Virus record (IMG/VR): IMGVR_UViG_3300032893_000025
Coordinates: 15,336-79,335 of that record
Length of the DNA stretch: 64,000 nucleotides
Strand: one strand, 5' to 3'
DNA from: a virus
Below, piece by piece: positions 10,301-19,600 of this stretch (within the stretch, counting starts at the first letter, position 1; every line of letters begins with the position of its first letter). The translations under genes were made by a program, and so were the position numbers. The notes below the pieces were generated by a model, which saw nothing but the letters and a program-made list of their open reading frames with translations, made no database searches and was not told the origin of the DNA.

Positions 10301-13300
10301 TGAATTATTTATCTCTTCAGGTGTTAATTCTTTTATATTATTATCAGAATCCCATAATTTAACAGGAGTTTTATAATTTCCTGCTTTAATACCTGATGAA
10401 AAAGCTAATCTTTGAATATTATTCTTTTCCATCATTATTCTAATCTTATCTAAATCATTACCTTTAGTAAGTTCAGGGGTTAGCGGATAAGCAGATGTTT
10501 TAATGTAAATTCTTTCTCTTATACCAAGTTGTTGATTAAACTGATTATTTACATATACAGGTTTATGTACTTGATACACTAAATTTTCCCATTCTTTATT
10601 TCCACTTAATTCTTTATTTAGTGCTGAAGTATAGTAATAATCACCCTGGGATATTTTTTTCTTAATAAATTTAGTTGCTGCTTTGTACAAATCTTCACTA
10701 ATATTTCCAGATTTAAATTCTACATATAACCATTCGGGGAATGTAGTCCATTCTTGCGCATTTGTACCTTCTTTTAAAGTTCCTGTAGCAAGATAGTCCT
10801 TTGCTCCATCTTTTCCTAAAAGTTCTTGTAGTTGGTCTATATTTAAAGAATTTATAGCCCTATCATCTACCATTAATTGTCTGTAAAAACCTTTATTACT
10901 ATCAGCTATTTCAGTACCAGGAGCTATATCAGCAGCTAATCTCTTACCTACATTAATAAAAGTATCTTCTACTTGAGATAATATATTTGTTGCTTTTGAT
11001 TTGTAAAATAAAGCAGGATCTCCAACAATACTCATAAAAGTATTAGCATTACCTATTAGATACTGATAAACCATATCTGTAGCAATAGCTTTATTGTAGT
11101 TTTCTTTAGCTACTCCAAGTAATACTTTTTTATCTTGTAATACAGTAGTATCTATAAAGTTTGATTTATCTCCGTCTATAATACCATAAGAATTCCAATC
11201 AGTTAATTTTTCATTAACTAACTTATCTACATACTCTTTTATAGTATCCTTTAAAGTTGTATTCCATTTATCAGAGAATATATCAGAGTTTAAATTATCA
11301 TTGGAATCCCAAATATCTTTTAACTCGTTTAATTTTGGAAGTAGTAAAAATTTATGCCCACCTTGTTCAAATTCTTTATTATTAAATTCTACACCAGATT
11401 TCTTCAGTTCTTCCCATTTTCTTATTCTATTTATTTCAGGTAATACTAATTGGTCATATAAAAAATCTATACTATTATCTTTTAAATTTCCATCAGTAGT
11501 AAAATTAATAGGGGCTGCAATAGTTTTAATTGTCATTGCAGTAGTTTTATCTGATGTAGTAGGATACAATAGTATTATAACTCTACTATCAGTACCAGAA
11601 TTATCAGGTATAGATCCTGTTAGTAATCCTAACGAAGTTAATTCATACTCATCAGGATTAAGATTATATAATTCTCTTCCATCCCTTGTTTTAGTACCTA
11701 TTTTTTTAAAGGCTTCTAACCCTATAGTTCCAGCTTCAAAATTAGAATTAAACACATAGTTTCCTTCTCCTATATTATTTAACCACCAACTTTTCTTTTC
11801 AAATGGACTATTAGAATCAAGTATTTCTTTAGCTAAACCATTTTTAAGATCTCTTACAGTGTTGATTAAGTATTTATTTTTTCCAAAACTATAAATACTT
11901 TTACCGCCACTTCTAAAAGCATTGCTAAATACAGCGTTGTCATTATACTTAGCGTCCATTCTGGCTAAACTCTTTATAACACTTTCGTCTAAAATATTAT
12001 GTTCATCTAATGATAATTTACCTTGAGTAGTTAGTGCTTTATTTAATACATTAAATACAAAGTAATTATCTAATAATAATTTATCAAATTTAACAGTATA
12101 AGGTGCTCCAAATCTATCAGTTCTTTGTATACCTTTAGACACTAATTCATTCCAAGTTTGATTATTAATACCAATACCAAATTCTTCTAACCATTTTCTT
12201 GCATCATCAGTATTTTTAGATTCTTTTATCTTTTCATATCTATCTTTTAATTCTTTAACTTTATTTTCATCTAATATATATTGTCCTTCATTGTTAACTT
12301 TAAATAATCCTGTTTCTTTAACATTAGTATTCCAGTTATCAAGTACTGCATTATATATAGAATTCTCATTAACCAAAATAGTCTTTGTAGAATATTTTTT
12401 GGTTTCTTTATCCTGTGACCACATTACCATATAATGTTTTATCTGGTGATTAGTCATAGATGTTACAAAACCATTTTTTTCCTGTTCTTTAGATGATTCT
12501 AATTTAGTAATAACTTGTTCTACCCAAGGATGTGCTTTAGTATATTGTCTTAATACATCTGTAATTTGGTTAAAATCTGGTTCTAATCCAGCAGTCCAAG
12601 TTTGAAGTTTTTCATAAACTTCATTAAAATCCATTACTTCAGCTTCTTTAAGAATACCATATACAGGATTCCCAGAAGAATCTACTTTATTAATATCTGA
12701 AAAAAATCTCTTAACTTGTTGGGTTAAACTATCTTTAAGGTTGTGTTCGTAACTATTTTTATCCCAATCAGTTTTTTCATTATCTTTAGTTTCAGATATT
12801 TCCATATCTTCACCTTCAGGTAATGGAGTAACTATTCCTTCAATCTTATTAACTTTATAAATAACAGATCTCTCTATTACATTCCATTTATCTATAATGG
12901 GTTTAAAAAATTGATCTCTATACTTAATTTGTATAGGCTCTAATTCATTATCAGAATATTTATTAAGTTCTGATAAATCATCTTCAAATTGAGTTTTATA
13001 TTTATTTAAATAATCATTTCTAAGCTTTACAATATCTTGAGTAGGATTGTTGTATAAGTCTCTAATTATATTTCTTGTAATATGATTAGTAATAGATTCT
13101 TGTTTATAAGCTCCTAACTCACTAATTAAAAGTTTATCTGAAGACTTCTGCATTAAAGACTCATCCCCAACAGTAGTTGGTAAATCAAAAGCACTTTCAT
13201 TGAGATTGGTCTTAAGTTTTAACTTATTTTTCGTCTCAATTTTAGTAGATTTTTCAGACGAAACTTTAGTTTTCTTTTCTTCTATTTCTGGTGTTACTTC

Positions 13301-16300
13301 CTTACCTAATATATTACTATAATCTACTCTTACTACAGACTGTACTGCATAGATTCTTTTACCATTATCTAATTGTTGTCCTTTTACATTTGTCTTAGAA
13401 GTATTATATAAAAAGGTTTTGTAAGATATTGGACTGATTTTATCATCTTGTCCAATAAATGCAATATTTTGTGTATTGTTAAAAGCATTTAAATTAGTAT
13501 TAATTCTAAACTTATGTAAATTTAAAGCAAGTTGTCTTAATACCATTTCTTTATGTTCCTGATTTTCTTTATTAAGGAAGTAAACTTTTTGTTCATCTTT
13601 TTCATTTAATAAAGCAAACTCAATAGAACCTTTAACTGTTGTATAATAACTTCCTTTAGGAATATTATTTATAATATCTTTTAAATTACTTTTCCCAGTA
13701 TTATACCCATGAATAAATAATTTAATATAGTTATCTAATCCTCTTATATCAGATATGTCGTAACCTGTTATTTCAAGAACTTGTTTAACTACTTCAGGAT
13801 TTTCTCCAGATAAATAAGCATCTATAGCTTTTATTATAGATAGTTTAATTTGATTACTATATTCACTATTACCTATAGTATCTTTAAACACAGGATAAGC
13901 TAGCCTTTCTCCATTTTGCAATGGTAAAACTACATAGGTAGCACCACTAACCAATCCTTTAGAGTTACTTAAATCTTCTCTATAATTCTTTAAATCTCCT
14001 GTACTAGTAGCTATATCAATAACAATATTATCATTACCTAACGATTCAGTTAAATTAACTGTTTGCCCTTTAGTAAGAGTAAATAATTTACCGGAAGTTT
14101 TATCTGTTATATTTGTTTTAAAAGATCCATTTTTAACTATATAATCTCTTATAAGTTTTAAATTTTCTTTATCTTGGTCTAAATCTCCATAAACATTGGA
14201 ATCATTAATCCATTGTTCTGTATGTAAAAAAACATTTGTAGGATTGTTTTTATAGTATACTCTTATAGGAACAAGACTATTATATTTTTCAGGAGATAAT
14301 TTACCTTTTACAGAACCCCAGGTAACAGTTTTATTACTTGTTATGTCTTCTGTATATACTTCTATCTCAGGGTTATCTTCCAATCTTAACTCTACTTCAT
14401 CCCCAATATTAAAATTATCTGGGTCTAATATAACCTGATCTGCATTAGTATGCAATTCATTATTTACATTAGTTTTATATAGTGTTCCTAACATTACTCC
14501 TCTTTCATAATCTCTGGATAAATAAGCTAGAGCATTATACCCATCAGTTATTTTCTTTCCTTCATACACAGGAGTACCATCAAAATCTTTAGTTGTAGCA
14601 TAATTAGAATTAGAAACTTCTCTAACTATATCATCACTACTTGTATTTATTTGTTTAACTTTAGATTCATCAATATATTCTGGGTCAATAACTACTTTAC
14701 TATTTTCTTCAGTATCTACTTCATCTATTTCATTTTTAGTAACTGTTACAGGAGCAACTCCACTAGATATTATATTAGCAGTATGAATAGATCTATCTAA
14801 AGAAGATGAATAAACTTTAGGAGTTATCCCTAATTTATTATGTAAATCATTGGCTTCTTTTATACCTCTTTTATCTAGTTGTGCGTTATCACTTCTAAAG
14901 TTTCCTTTTTTATTATCTTCTGTTTCTCCATGTCTTACTACATGAATAGTTTTACCAGTATTCGTAGTTATATCAAATGTACTACCTGTATTACTATCCA
15001 TTTCTGAATATTCTTTTCTAAAATTTTTATCAGATAAAAAATCTACATTTTCATTATTATTCCAATATCCTTTATCTTTTAACAATTTAATTAAGTTAAA
15101 TATAGTATTATGAGTGGTAATAGTACTATTATTTTCTCCTTTATCTATAATATCTTTTACAACTGAAGTAACTCTATTATATGCATTGGAAAAACTTTCT
15201 CCTCCGCCTATCATAGATTTATCAGGATTATTAATTATATTATCTTTTACAATATTATCTTTTTCTTTTGTTTGTTTGGTTCCCGTTTCTGAACCTAAAT
15301 CTATAGTGTCTAATCTATTATCTACTTCAACATTATTATTTGGAGTAATTTTATTTATTTTAGGTTCTCTAGTTATAGGAATAGAAGTTTCTTTGGATTC
15401 TTCTTCTTGAGCCATTCTATCAAATTCTGCTGAATTCTCAGGAGAAATACCTTTTTCTGCTTCTTCTTGTTCTAATATAGCATCAAAATCATCCTTTTGT
15501 CTTTTCTTGTTTTTAATATTTTCAACTTTAGCAACCTTTTCCTGGCTCTTAATAGTTTCTTCAGTTTTATTTTGTGTTTCAGATGCTCTCTTATTATAAT
15601 TATCTGTAGTTTCTGTAACTCTTTTTTCAATTCTATTTAATCCTTCTTGAGTTATAGATTCTTTATAGGCATTTGCTAATTGAGTTCTCTTATTATTTAG
15701 TTGTATATAGTCTGTAACTAATTTAGTAGCATTTTCTCCTGTAGACTCTAAATTAATTGCATGATCTTTTACAACCTTATCTAAATTATCTAGGTTTTCT
15801 TTAGTTTTATTTAGTAAATAAGTTTGAGTAGCACTAAATATTTCAGGAGATTTAGCAATCTGTAAATTTAATTCTCCAATTCTTTTATTTACATTATCTA
15901 TGTTTCCAGCCATATCCCATAATACAGTTCTTGCATCATTAGAAATAGTAGGAAATCTTAAATCTAAATTTTCTTTAAGTTTTGTTAAGTTTTTAGCTTC
16001 GGTTATTAACTTATCTATATATTCTCCAGTACTTTTTTTATCACTAGTAGTAGGATCAATACCAAAAGTTTTTTCAAATTCTTCTTTGGGCAATTGTTTT
16101 AAATCATTTAATTCATCTTCAATTAAATCTCCTTTACCGGTTTCAATTCTACTAAGTACATAGTTTTTAAATAAATCATGTTGCAGATTTTTATATTGGT
16201 AAATATCCCCAGACTTTATAGCTTCATCCATATCTCTTCCAATAGATTCGGATCTTATCGCTTCATCTATTAAAGGTTCATTCTTTTTAAATATATCTGA

Positions 16301-17701
16301 AACTTTATATTTATTAAGATAATCTACTGCATTTTTAGTAGCTTCATCTTTTTCTCTATTCTCTTTTAATTCCTCTTTTATTTCTCCAGTAGCAACTCCT
16401 GATAATATACCAGTTAACCCCCCAAGAATCATTGATTCTACACCACTTTTAGTACCAAAAGACTGATTAAACCCATAACCTATAGAGTTTAATTTATCTG
16501 CAAATGTATTTCTAGCGGGGTCATCATACTTTCTAGTCCAATAATCTGTAGATGCGTTTTGTGCAATAGTTTGCATATTTTCTTCATTAGACTCCGTAAT
16601 AAGTCCTTTAAAGTATGGAGACAGTTTATTAAATTTTGATGTAGGTTCAGGAATAAAAGTTCCTTCAGCATCTCTAGTAATGCCATTTAATAATGCTTTG
16701 CTTTCATTTTTAGCCCCAGACAATATTCTACCAAATTGTATATAATCAGATGCACCTAATATTGCTAAGTTAGTTAAATAATCAATATTACCAGCAGCAG
16801 AAGAATATTTATCAATTTCGTTTAACTCCTCTGCATTAGGATCTCTTTTATTCTTTTCTTTAAAATGATTTATTATTTCTTCTGTGGTTTGTTGTTTAGT
16901 TTGTAATCCTTCAAAAGATGCCTCATTACCAGCAGCTATTAAAGTTGATCCTAAAGTTTGTATACCATTTGTTAATTTAATTCCTTTGCCTACTTGATTT
17001 AAAGCTCGTGTAAAAGCTTCATCCTCTCCAACCCCCTGTTCAACTAAACTACCTGCTAATTTATTTACTGCTGCCAATTCTTCTTCATATTTGCCAGCCA
17101 TTGCTAATTTGCCTAAAGCACTTAATCCTCTACCCATTACAGCACCAGATCCAATAGCTCCTACTGTAAATCCTGCATTCTTTAATAATTTATCTGCTAA
17201 AAAATTAACTGTAAACCAGTTATTAGGACTAAAAGCATCTGCATTCTTTTCTTTATCTGTATAATAATTAGGAAACCATTTTTCCATATTCTTACTAAAC
17301 TGGTCATAAGCATTACTTATAGGATTATCGTATACTTCTGACAAAGCCTGTGCTTCAGTTTTATTTGGATTAAAGGAATTTACTATCCCAGAAAGTATCC
17401 CATAAGGTAAACTTGTAACTGTTGTAGCAAAAGTTGTGGCAGCCAACCCGGCACCTTTAATAACACCATTAGCAAATTGTTCCATTGCTGGTTGTCTTGT
17501 TCCTCTAATATCTTCTATATTGGGGAGATCATATACAGTAGTATTTAAATCAAATTTAGTATTTAATGTATCTCCAATATACTCTCCTTGAGAATCTTTG
17601 TTATTATAATTACTTATAATACTTTTATAATATTCTGTTGGGAAAATTGAAGGTTCTTCCTTACTTCCGTAAAGAGAATCGTAGTCTATATTATTAGGCA
17701 T
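4373..17701 (-). CDS. Giant virion-packaged DNA-dependent RNA polymerase polyprotein (two-barrel, crAss-type) with zincin protease and other accessory domains
   Basis: 4442 aa; RIPNQG and catalytic GSDFDVDK motifs (9443-9457), as in crAss-like virion RNAPs (DFDID in phi14:2); HEVLH..E zincin motif (6821-6835); RHGET histidine-phosphatase motif (14927-14935); hydrophobic Gly/Ala-rich N-terminal region. Confidence 0.92.
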   Translation of the reverse strand: MPNNIDYDSLYGSKEEPSIFPTEYYKSIISNYNNKDSQGEYIGDTLNTKFDLNTTVYDLPNIEDIRGTRQPAMEQFANGVIKGAGLAATTFATTVTSLPYGILSGIVNSFNPNKTEAQALSEVYDNPISNAYDQFSKNMEKWFPNYYTDKEKNADAFSPNNWFTVNFLADKLLKNAGFTVGAIGSGAVMGRGLSALGKLAMAGKYEEELAAVNKLAGSLVEQGVGEDEAFTRALNQVGKGIKLTNGIQTLGSTLIAAGNEASFEGLQTKQQTTEEIINHFKEKNKRDPNAEELNEIDKYSSAAGNIDYLTNLAILGASDYIQFGRILSGAKNESKALLNGITRDAEGTFIPEPTSKFNKLSPYFKGLITESNEENMQTIAQNASTDYWTRKYDDPARNTFADKLNSIGYGFNQSFGTKSGVESMILGGLTGILSGVATGEIKEELKENREKDEATKNAVDYLNKYKVSDIFKKNEPLIDEAIRSESIGRDMDEAIKSGDIYQYKNLQHDLFKNYVLSRIETGKGDLIEDELNDLKQLPKEEFEKTFGIDPTTSDKKSTGEYIDKLITEAKNLTKLKENLDLRFPTISNDARTVLWDMAGNIDNVNKRIGELNLQIAKSPEIFSATQTYLLNKTKENLDNLDKVVKDHAINLESTGENATKLVTDYIQLNNKRTQLANAYKESITQEGLNRIEKRVTETTDNYNKRASETQNKTEETIKSQEKVAKVENIKNKKRQKDDFDAILEQEEAEKGISPENSAEFDRMAQEEESKETSIPITREPKINKITPNNNVEVDNRLDTIDLGSETGTKQTKEKDNIVKDNIINNPDKSMIGGGESFSNAYNRVTSVVKDIIDKGENNSTITTHNTIFNLIKLLKDKGYWNNNENVDFLSDKNFRKEYSEMDSNTGSTFDITTNTGKTIHVVRHGETEDNKKGNFRSDNAQLDKRGIKEANDLHNKLGITPKVYSSSLDRSIHTANIISSGVAPVTVTKNEIDEVDTEENSKVVIDPEYIDESKVKQINTSSDDIVREVSNSNYATTKDFDGTPVYEGKKITDGYNALAYLSRDYERGVMLGTLYKTNVNNELHTNADQVILDPDNFNIGDEVELRLEDNPEIEVYTEDITSNKTVTWGSVKGKLSPEKYNSLVPIRVYYKNNPTNVFLHTEQWINDSNVYGDLDQDKENLKLIRDYIVKNGSFKTNITDKTSGKLFTLTKGQTVNLTESLGNDNIVIDIATSTGDLKNYREDLSNSKGLVSGATYVVLPLQNGERLAYPVFKDTIGNSEYSNQIKLSIIKAIDAYLSGENPEVVKQVLEITGYDISDIRGLDNYIKLFIHGYNTGKSNLKDIINNIPKGSYYTTVKGSIEFALLNEKDEQKVYFLNKENQEHKEMVLRQLALNLHKFRINTNLNAFNNTQNIAFIGQDDKISPISYKTFLYNTSKTNVKGQQLDNGKRIYAVQSVVRVDYSNILGKEVTPEIEEKKTKVSSEKSTKIETKNKLKLKTNLNESAFDLPTTVGDESLMQKSSDKLLISELGAYKQESITNHITRNIIRDLYNNPTQDIVKLRNDYLNKYKTQFEDDLSELNKYSDNELEPIQIKYRDQFFKPIIDKWNVIERSVIYKVNKIEGIVTPLPEGEDMEISETKDNEKTDWDKNSYEHNLKDSLTQQVKRFFSDINKVDSSGNPVYGILKEAEVMDFNEVYEKLQTWTAGLEPDFNQITDVLRQYTKAHPWVEQVITKLESSKEQEKNGFVTSMTNHQIKHYMVMWSQDKETKKYSTKTILVNENSIYNAVLDNWNTNVKETGLFKVNNEGQYILDENKVKELKDRYEKIKESKNTDDARKWLEEFGIGINNQTWNELVSKGIQRTDRFGAPYTVKFDKLLLDNYFVFNVLNKALTTQGKLSLDEHNILDESVIKSLARMDAKYNDNAVFSNAFRSGGKSIYSFGKNKYLINTVRDLKNGLAKEILDSNSPFEKKSWWLNNIGEGNYVFNSNFEAGTIGLEAFKKIGTKTRDGRELYNLNPDEYELTSLGLLTGSIPDNSGTDSRVIILLYPTTSDKTTAMTIKTIAAPINFTTDGNLKDNSIDFLYDQLVLPEINRIRKWEELKKSGVEFNNKEFEQGGHKFLLLPKLNELKDIWDSNDNLNSDIFSDKWNTTLKDTIKEYVDKLVNEKLTDWNSYGIIDGDKSNFIDTTVLQDKKVLLGVAKENYNKAIATDMVYQYLIGNANTFMSIVGDPALFYKSKATNILSQVEDTFINVGKRLAADIAPGTEIADSNKGFYRQLMVDDRAINSLNIDQLQELLGKDGAKDYLATGTLKEGTNAQEWTTFPEWLYVEFKSGNISEDLYKAATKFIKKKISQGDYYYTSALNKELSGNKEWENLVYQVHKPVYVNNQFNQQLGIRERIYIKTSAYPLTPELTKGNDLDKIRIMMEKNNIQRLAFSSGIKAGNYKTPVKLWDSDNNIKELTPEEINNSTKILSRKGFRLQQDVPYDELKDAINRVSQADKNIFTNLHDIDGFEYNNNSYKGRDLEKIYQEHYEQLYKNGFEGLKKEVYDESGNLNIPAIRDILKEEGMLRGYSIADMEGIELDKYLTFLPYSPSAIKYEALLNAIVKNRVLKMKFKGNSFVLSTEEGYQKAKVVDEEASKDIQGIIYTDKWTGKLLPSRVEKGKVLPAQILIPWKFKDNNGNLLDINRFVKDGKIDMTKLPEEILQIFGMRIPNQGLNSQSYVEIVGFLPKTSGDIAVTTRDYLAQMGSDFDVDKLYTYMYNTYLNGKKLEKIDFSSKEDILKLEESTLRNLAFELDERKSRQLNRQASFLEMADDVWNKSLQNKLLDIRLAVHKNINQEVQKQIHTPLSSWKFEEIAKEIQNKKTKDEYFTALSDKYQMTKRFNALAGKSGTGITSNASMFNSAIQDKGMYLFYNTPEGIKQRFRVRFGNKVSDGDLSGNKTLSGKYYKSEIISGLQSVSVDNEKLQVLDKLNLNSQTFRYANLLAQLGFEEEVGYFMAQPIIKDYFNLLKSKRSSIKEFNPNIENEVYSEILSKYRPTNYDSNLYDEKYSKGKGLSLENLKNSILEPTGDFNYIQLTALDQMLYLDKPSQTLSTIQSAINTDSKGLGKNLFETLSKEEAVKRLQSVNIENIESILGEFDNLGNLIKPTTIQGFSTYYGLLQNNKLWKQLLPYNEQGITYMFNKIEQLLGREDRSIVSKADFRRDIWNNFKSYLYTLNNLGLFGGDLNLERERLFIDSDSNKSLASIVKQVKAQSKYKDHPFLSKVQPDINKNGRPSTIKIDAVRDDAANLATYTSFIDLYTNDTAIEGTNYTTRKLFKDLVEAAYLSGGVQEATQYIKHIPPSYLYSIGFADSLSELYSNKKFEDSDFMKIPSFELPYWMLQNFIEQYIQHNADKVERVGTKDIDNVIKDKNLPKGRVSITRFSLKNDDFYVKRGQDQVPPEFLAINDPMKPKGSSKNVLFRYYGRNDSLGYPMYFRVDNLGFNGIDEFNANTDEVATSSFITNTNKAEVSKSTSRFPIDNNYYSETTINPESTKVKKPGDILEIVDKGNVKRVLENIVINSDDQYYQLLASELLNNYGDRNLRLSTELEKVRGRYANGTVKINLDNEKHTSVNELSKTVLHEVLHGFTIPAIQAWSKGEKLDPKVKDAIDSLNQSFNRHKSSITKEVMDKFIAKRTEKYESMTDEELSKYYGATNLEEFVTMLMTDGEFQKILNEIPANSEGKPWFEVFLDKLKQFFNALGLNVNKNSMLASAIDDVLTIIEHDTTQAFTQEGQTIETLYPGINEAAISYTLKLIKGLQNIQRNKFEFSKLQGWLNDLQKQGVPKEQVDMFKESAKDGMTKEEIISSILANYSYTVEVNTAKKKFDSLTGNIEESHFKDKEGKIIKTEYIVEEDDGAYISFNTRKEAETYLESKRYKNQQSTSYYSNLTVPGGTNYTENEISTPLITPNIKGHAQFSTDKGIGWFRSDTKVNNATITTDEEPDLSTGEPRTKRNTIGGNITKDRRILEIQSDLFQKGRDYKSLTGKERWNFVSDNSPENQFLQLLNKDNNWVTFFIKSIIQDSAKKGYEKVLFPKGETAAKVEGHETLANEILNINRAIEHTQTFLGKEDSIPGLEEEINNLRKEITTLKKTFSSNLTTQEPTVDRKTANKYGFEDYSYVRVESTYSRKEIYNKSYFGYDSYQEHRDALGENYEGYYIHGYNTERNKPQIKILPITREEAIAIFNNSSNSDRYLVEDRQKVIALEHKISVRNQKIGEIKEAPSEIKRLEDKKAEFKSQGIEKLKPIEAFYEIKVGNILEKQFGKDNVKIINDEYGNQWREIDLSKITDREVYLLPNTISKEDTLNRFGELNSDGRQKVLMVDDRFSNGDRYKAMLKRAQTINKEQVLYKATIGTTVGEDIGLNNKKEYYYIKLDQRELNLKDKISLISNEEILDRMKKCR

Positions 17702-19599
17702 TAGTATTCAACTTTATTTTGTTGTCTTAAAGGTAACCATTTATAAGTATACTCACTCTTTAAATTCATCTCATTAAGCTTCTCTATATGGTCTTCCAAA
17801 TCATTTATAGAAAATACTACCTTATTACCATTTCTATCTAGTAAAGGACTACCACTTCTTCTATCATATACATCTATCCTTGGAAGATCTTTATCTGTTT
17901 TTAACCCCTTATAACTTGGGTTATAAACATAAGATAAAATATCTCCAGTAGGATTAATAGATAGTGGTTTATCATCCCCAGATGCTACAGCATTTTTTAT
18001 TGCTTTTAATCCCATAGAATATTCGGCAGTTGGTTCATCAGGAGAGAAGTATAATTTTTTATAGTTAGTTTTTGAATCCACAGCTAATTTACCAGTAGTT
18101 TTATTTACAGCGGCATTAGTAGGAATATTGATATAATATTCCCCGCTAACTTTATTATATCTTGGGTTATATTCTTCTGAGTCTAATACTTCTCTAATTA
18201 CTGATTCATTAACTCCAATTTTTTTAGAAATATCTCCTAAAGACCTAGCATTTATATTTTCATTTTCCACTCTAAAATTTGGGCTAGTCATTTCCTTTAC
18301 TGTAGTTTTTAACATTTTAGATGTTAAAGGATTTAAAATAGGTCTGGTAACTGTATATTCTCTCTTAACAGCTTCTGAATCCTGATCTATAAATTGAGCT
18401 AATTCATAATCACTTTTAGGGTCTCTTCCCATTTTCATTTTAAATAGATCCTTATTTTTTTCCAAAATAGGTTCTATAGAATTTATTTTATCTAGATCAT
18501 CTTGAGTTATTTTTATTAGTCCTTCCATATATGATTTATTATATGGATTAACACTCTTAGGATCACTTGCTACTCTTAACCCTTCTTCCTGTTGTTCAAG
18601 TTTATCATTAAGTTCTTTTTTAACTTTTTTAACATCTACATCCTTACTTGACATCCCTGTTATATTTAATCCTTCAGTAACAGATTTACCAGTATCTAAA
18701 AAAGTATTCTCTACTGTATCCTGAGCTTTAGGACCAAATACATATATATCTGACAAATCAGATTGTGCTTTTTTCTTTCTCATGGCATCTTCGTATTGTA
18801 ATTTAGCCATAAAGTCATCTATAATGTGTCTATCTTCTCCTTTACTTACCATACTCCTTAAAGCATCTTCAATAAATCGTTTAGTATCCCCTTTATATTG
18901 TTCTTGCATTAAAGGATCTATATTAAATGGAGTTTTAGCTTCGAATTCTGGTACATATTTTTCAATTCTACTCTTCAGTTCTTCATTGTCAATAGCATTT
19001 AAACCTTTTTCAGATATAGTTTGTAAATATCCCCATTTTTCAGTAGGTTGTAATTTACCTTCTACAACCATCTGATCCATAGTTTTACCAATATCTCTAT
19101 ACACTATATCCCAATAATCTGGTCTTGCTATAGGTTTATAAGTAGGAATATTTAATTGCCCCTGTTCATTATATGTAGGAGATGTTAAAGCTTGTTGTAA
19201 TTCTGGAGTTTCTATCAATTGTTTTTTAGCCCTCAATTCAGTAAGAGTAGGTAATATTTTCTGATACTCATCATATCTTCTCTTTAAATTAGAAATGATA
19301 GGTTGAGTTTGAGCTATATTTCTTACAATCTCTTTAGAGGCAGCTCCATAATCCCCAGCATATTTATTTTTAACTAAATCTTCAACATTATTTTTAAATC
19401 CTTCTAGTGTTTTATTTAGATAGTTTACATCAGGAGAAACTACAGGAATAGATCCTATATTAGCCTCAGCTTCTGCTGTAGTTTGATAAGCTTGATTAAA
19501 TTTTTCATTTTTTTTAGCAGTTTCATCAGCTATCATTGAAAATACCTGATCGTCATATCTTGGGTCATATTGTACCCCTTGTAATATATCGTATGGCAT
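17701..19599 (-). CDS. Virion cargo/internal protein
   Basis: 632 aa from the ATG at 19599, chosen over 19650 to avoid overlap with the upstream gene; TAATG-coupled to the RNAP gene; positioned between cargo protein and RNAP as in crAss-like phages. Confidence 0.65.
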   Translation of the reverse strand: MPYDILQGVQYDPRYDDQVFSMIADETAKKNEKFNQAYQTTAEAEANIGSIPVVSPDVNYLNKTLEGFKNNVEDLVKNKYAGDYGAASKEIVRNIAQTQPIISNLKRRYDEYQKILPTLTELRAKKQLIETPELQQALTSPTYNEQGQLNIPTYKPIARPDYWDIVYRDIGKTMDQMVVEGKLQPTEKWGYLQTISEKGLNAIDNEELKSRIEKYVPEFEAKTPFNIDPLMQEQYKGDTKRFIEDALRSMVSKGEDRHIIDDFMAKLQYEDAMRKKKAQSDLSDIYVFGPKAQDTVENTFLDTGKSVTEGLNITGMSSKDVDVKKVKKELNDKLEQQEEGLRVASDPKSVNPYNKSYMEGLIKITQDDLDKINSIEPILEKNKDLFKMKMGRDPKSDYELAQFIDQDSEAVKREYTVTRPILNPLTSKMLKTTVKEMTSPNFRVENENINARSLGDISKKIGVNESVIREVLDSEEYNPRYNKVSGEYYINIPTNAAVNKTTGKLAVDSKTNYKKLYFSPDEPTAEYSMGLKAIKNAVASGDDKPLSINPTGDILSYVYNPSYKGLKTDKDLPRIDVYDRRSGSPLLDRNGNKVVFSINDLEDHIEKLNEMNLKSEYTYKWLPLRQQNKVEY

Positions 19600-19600
19600 A

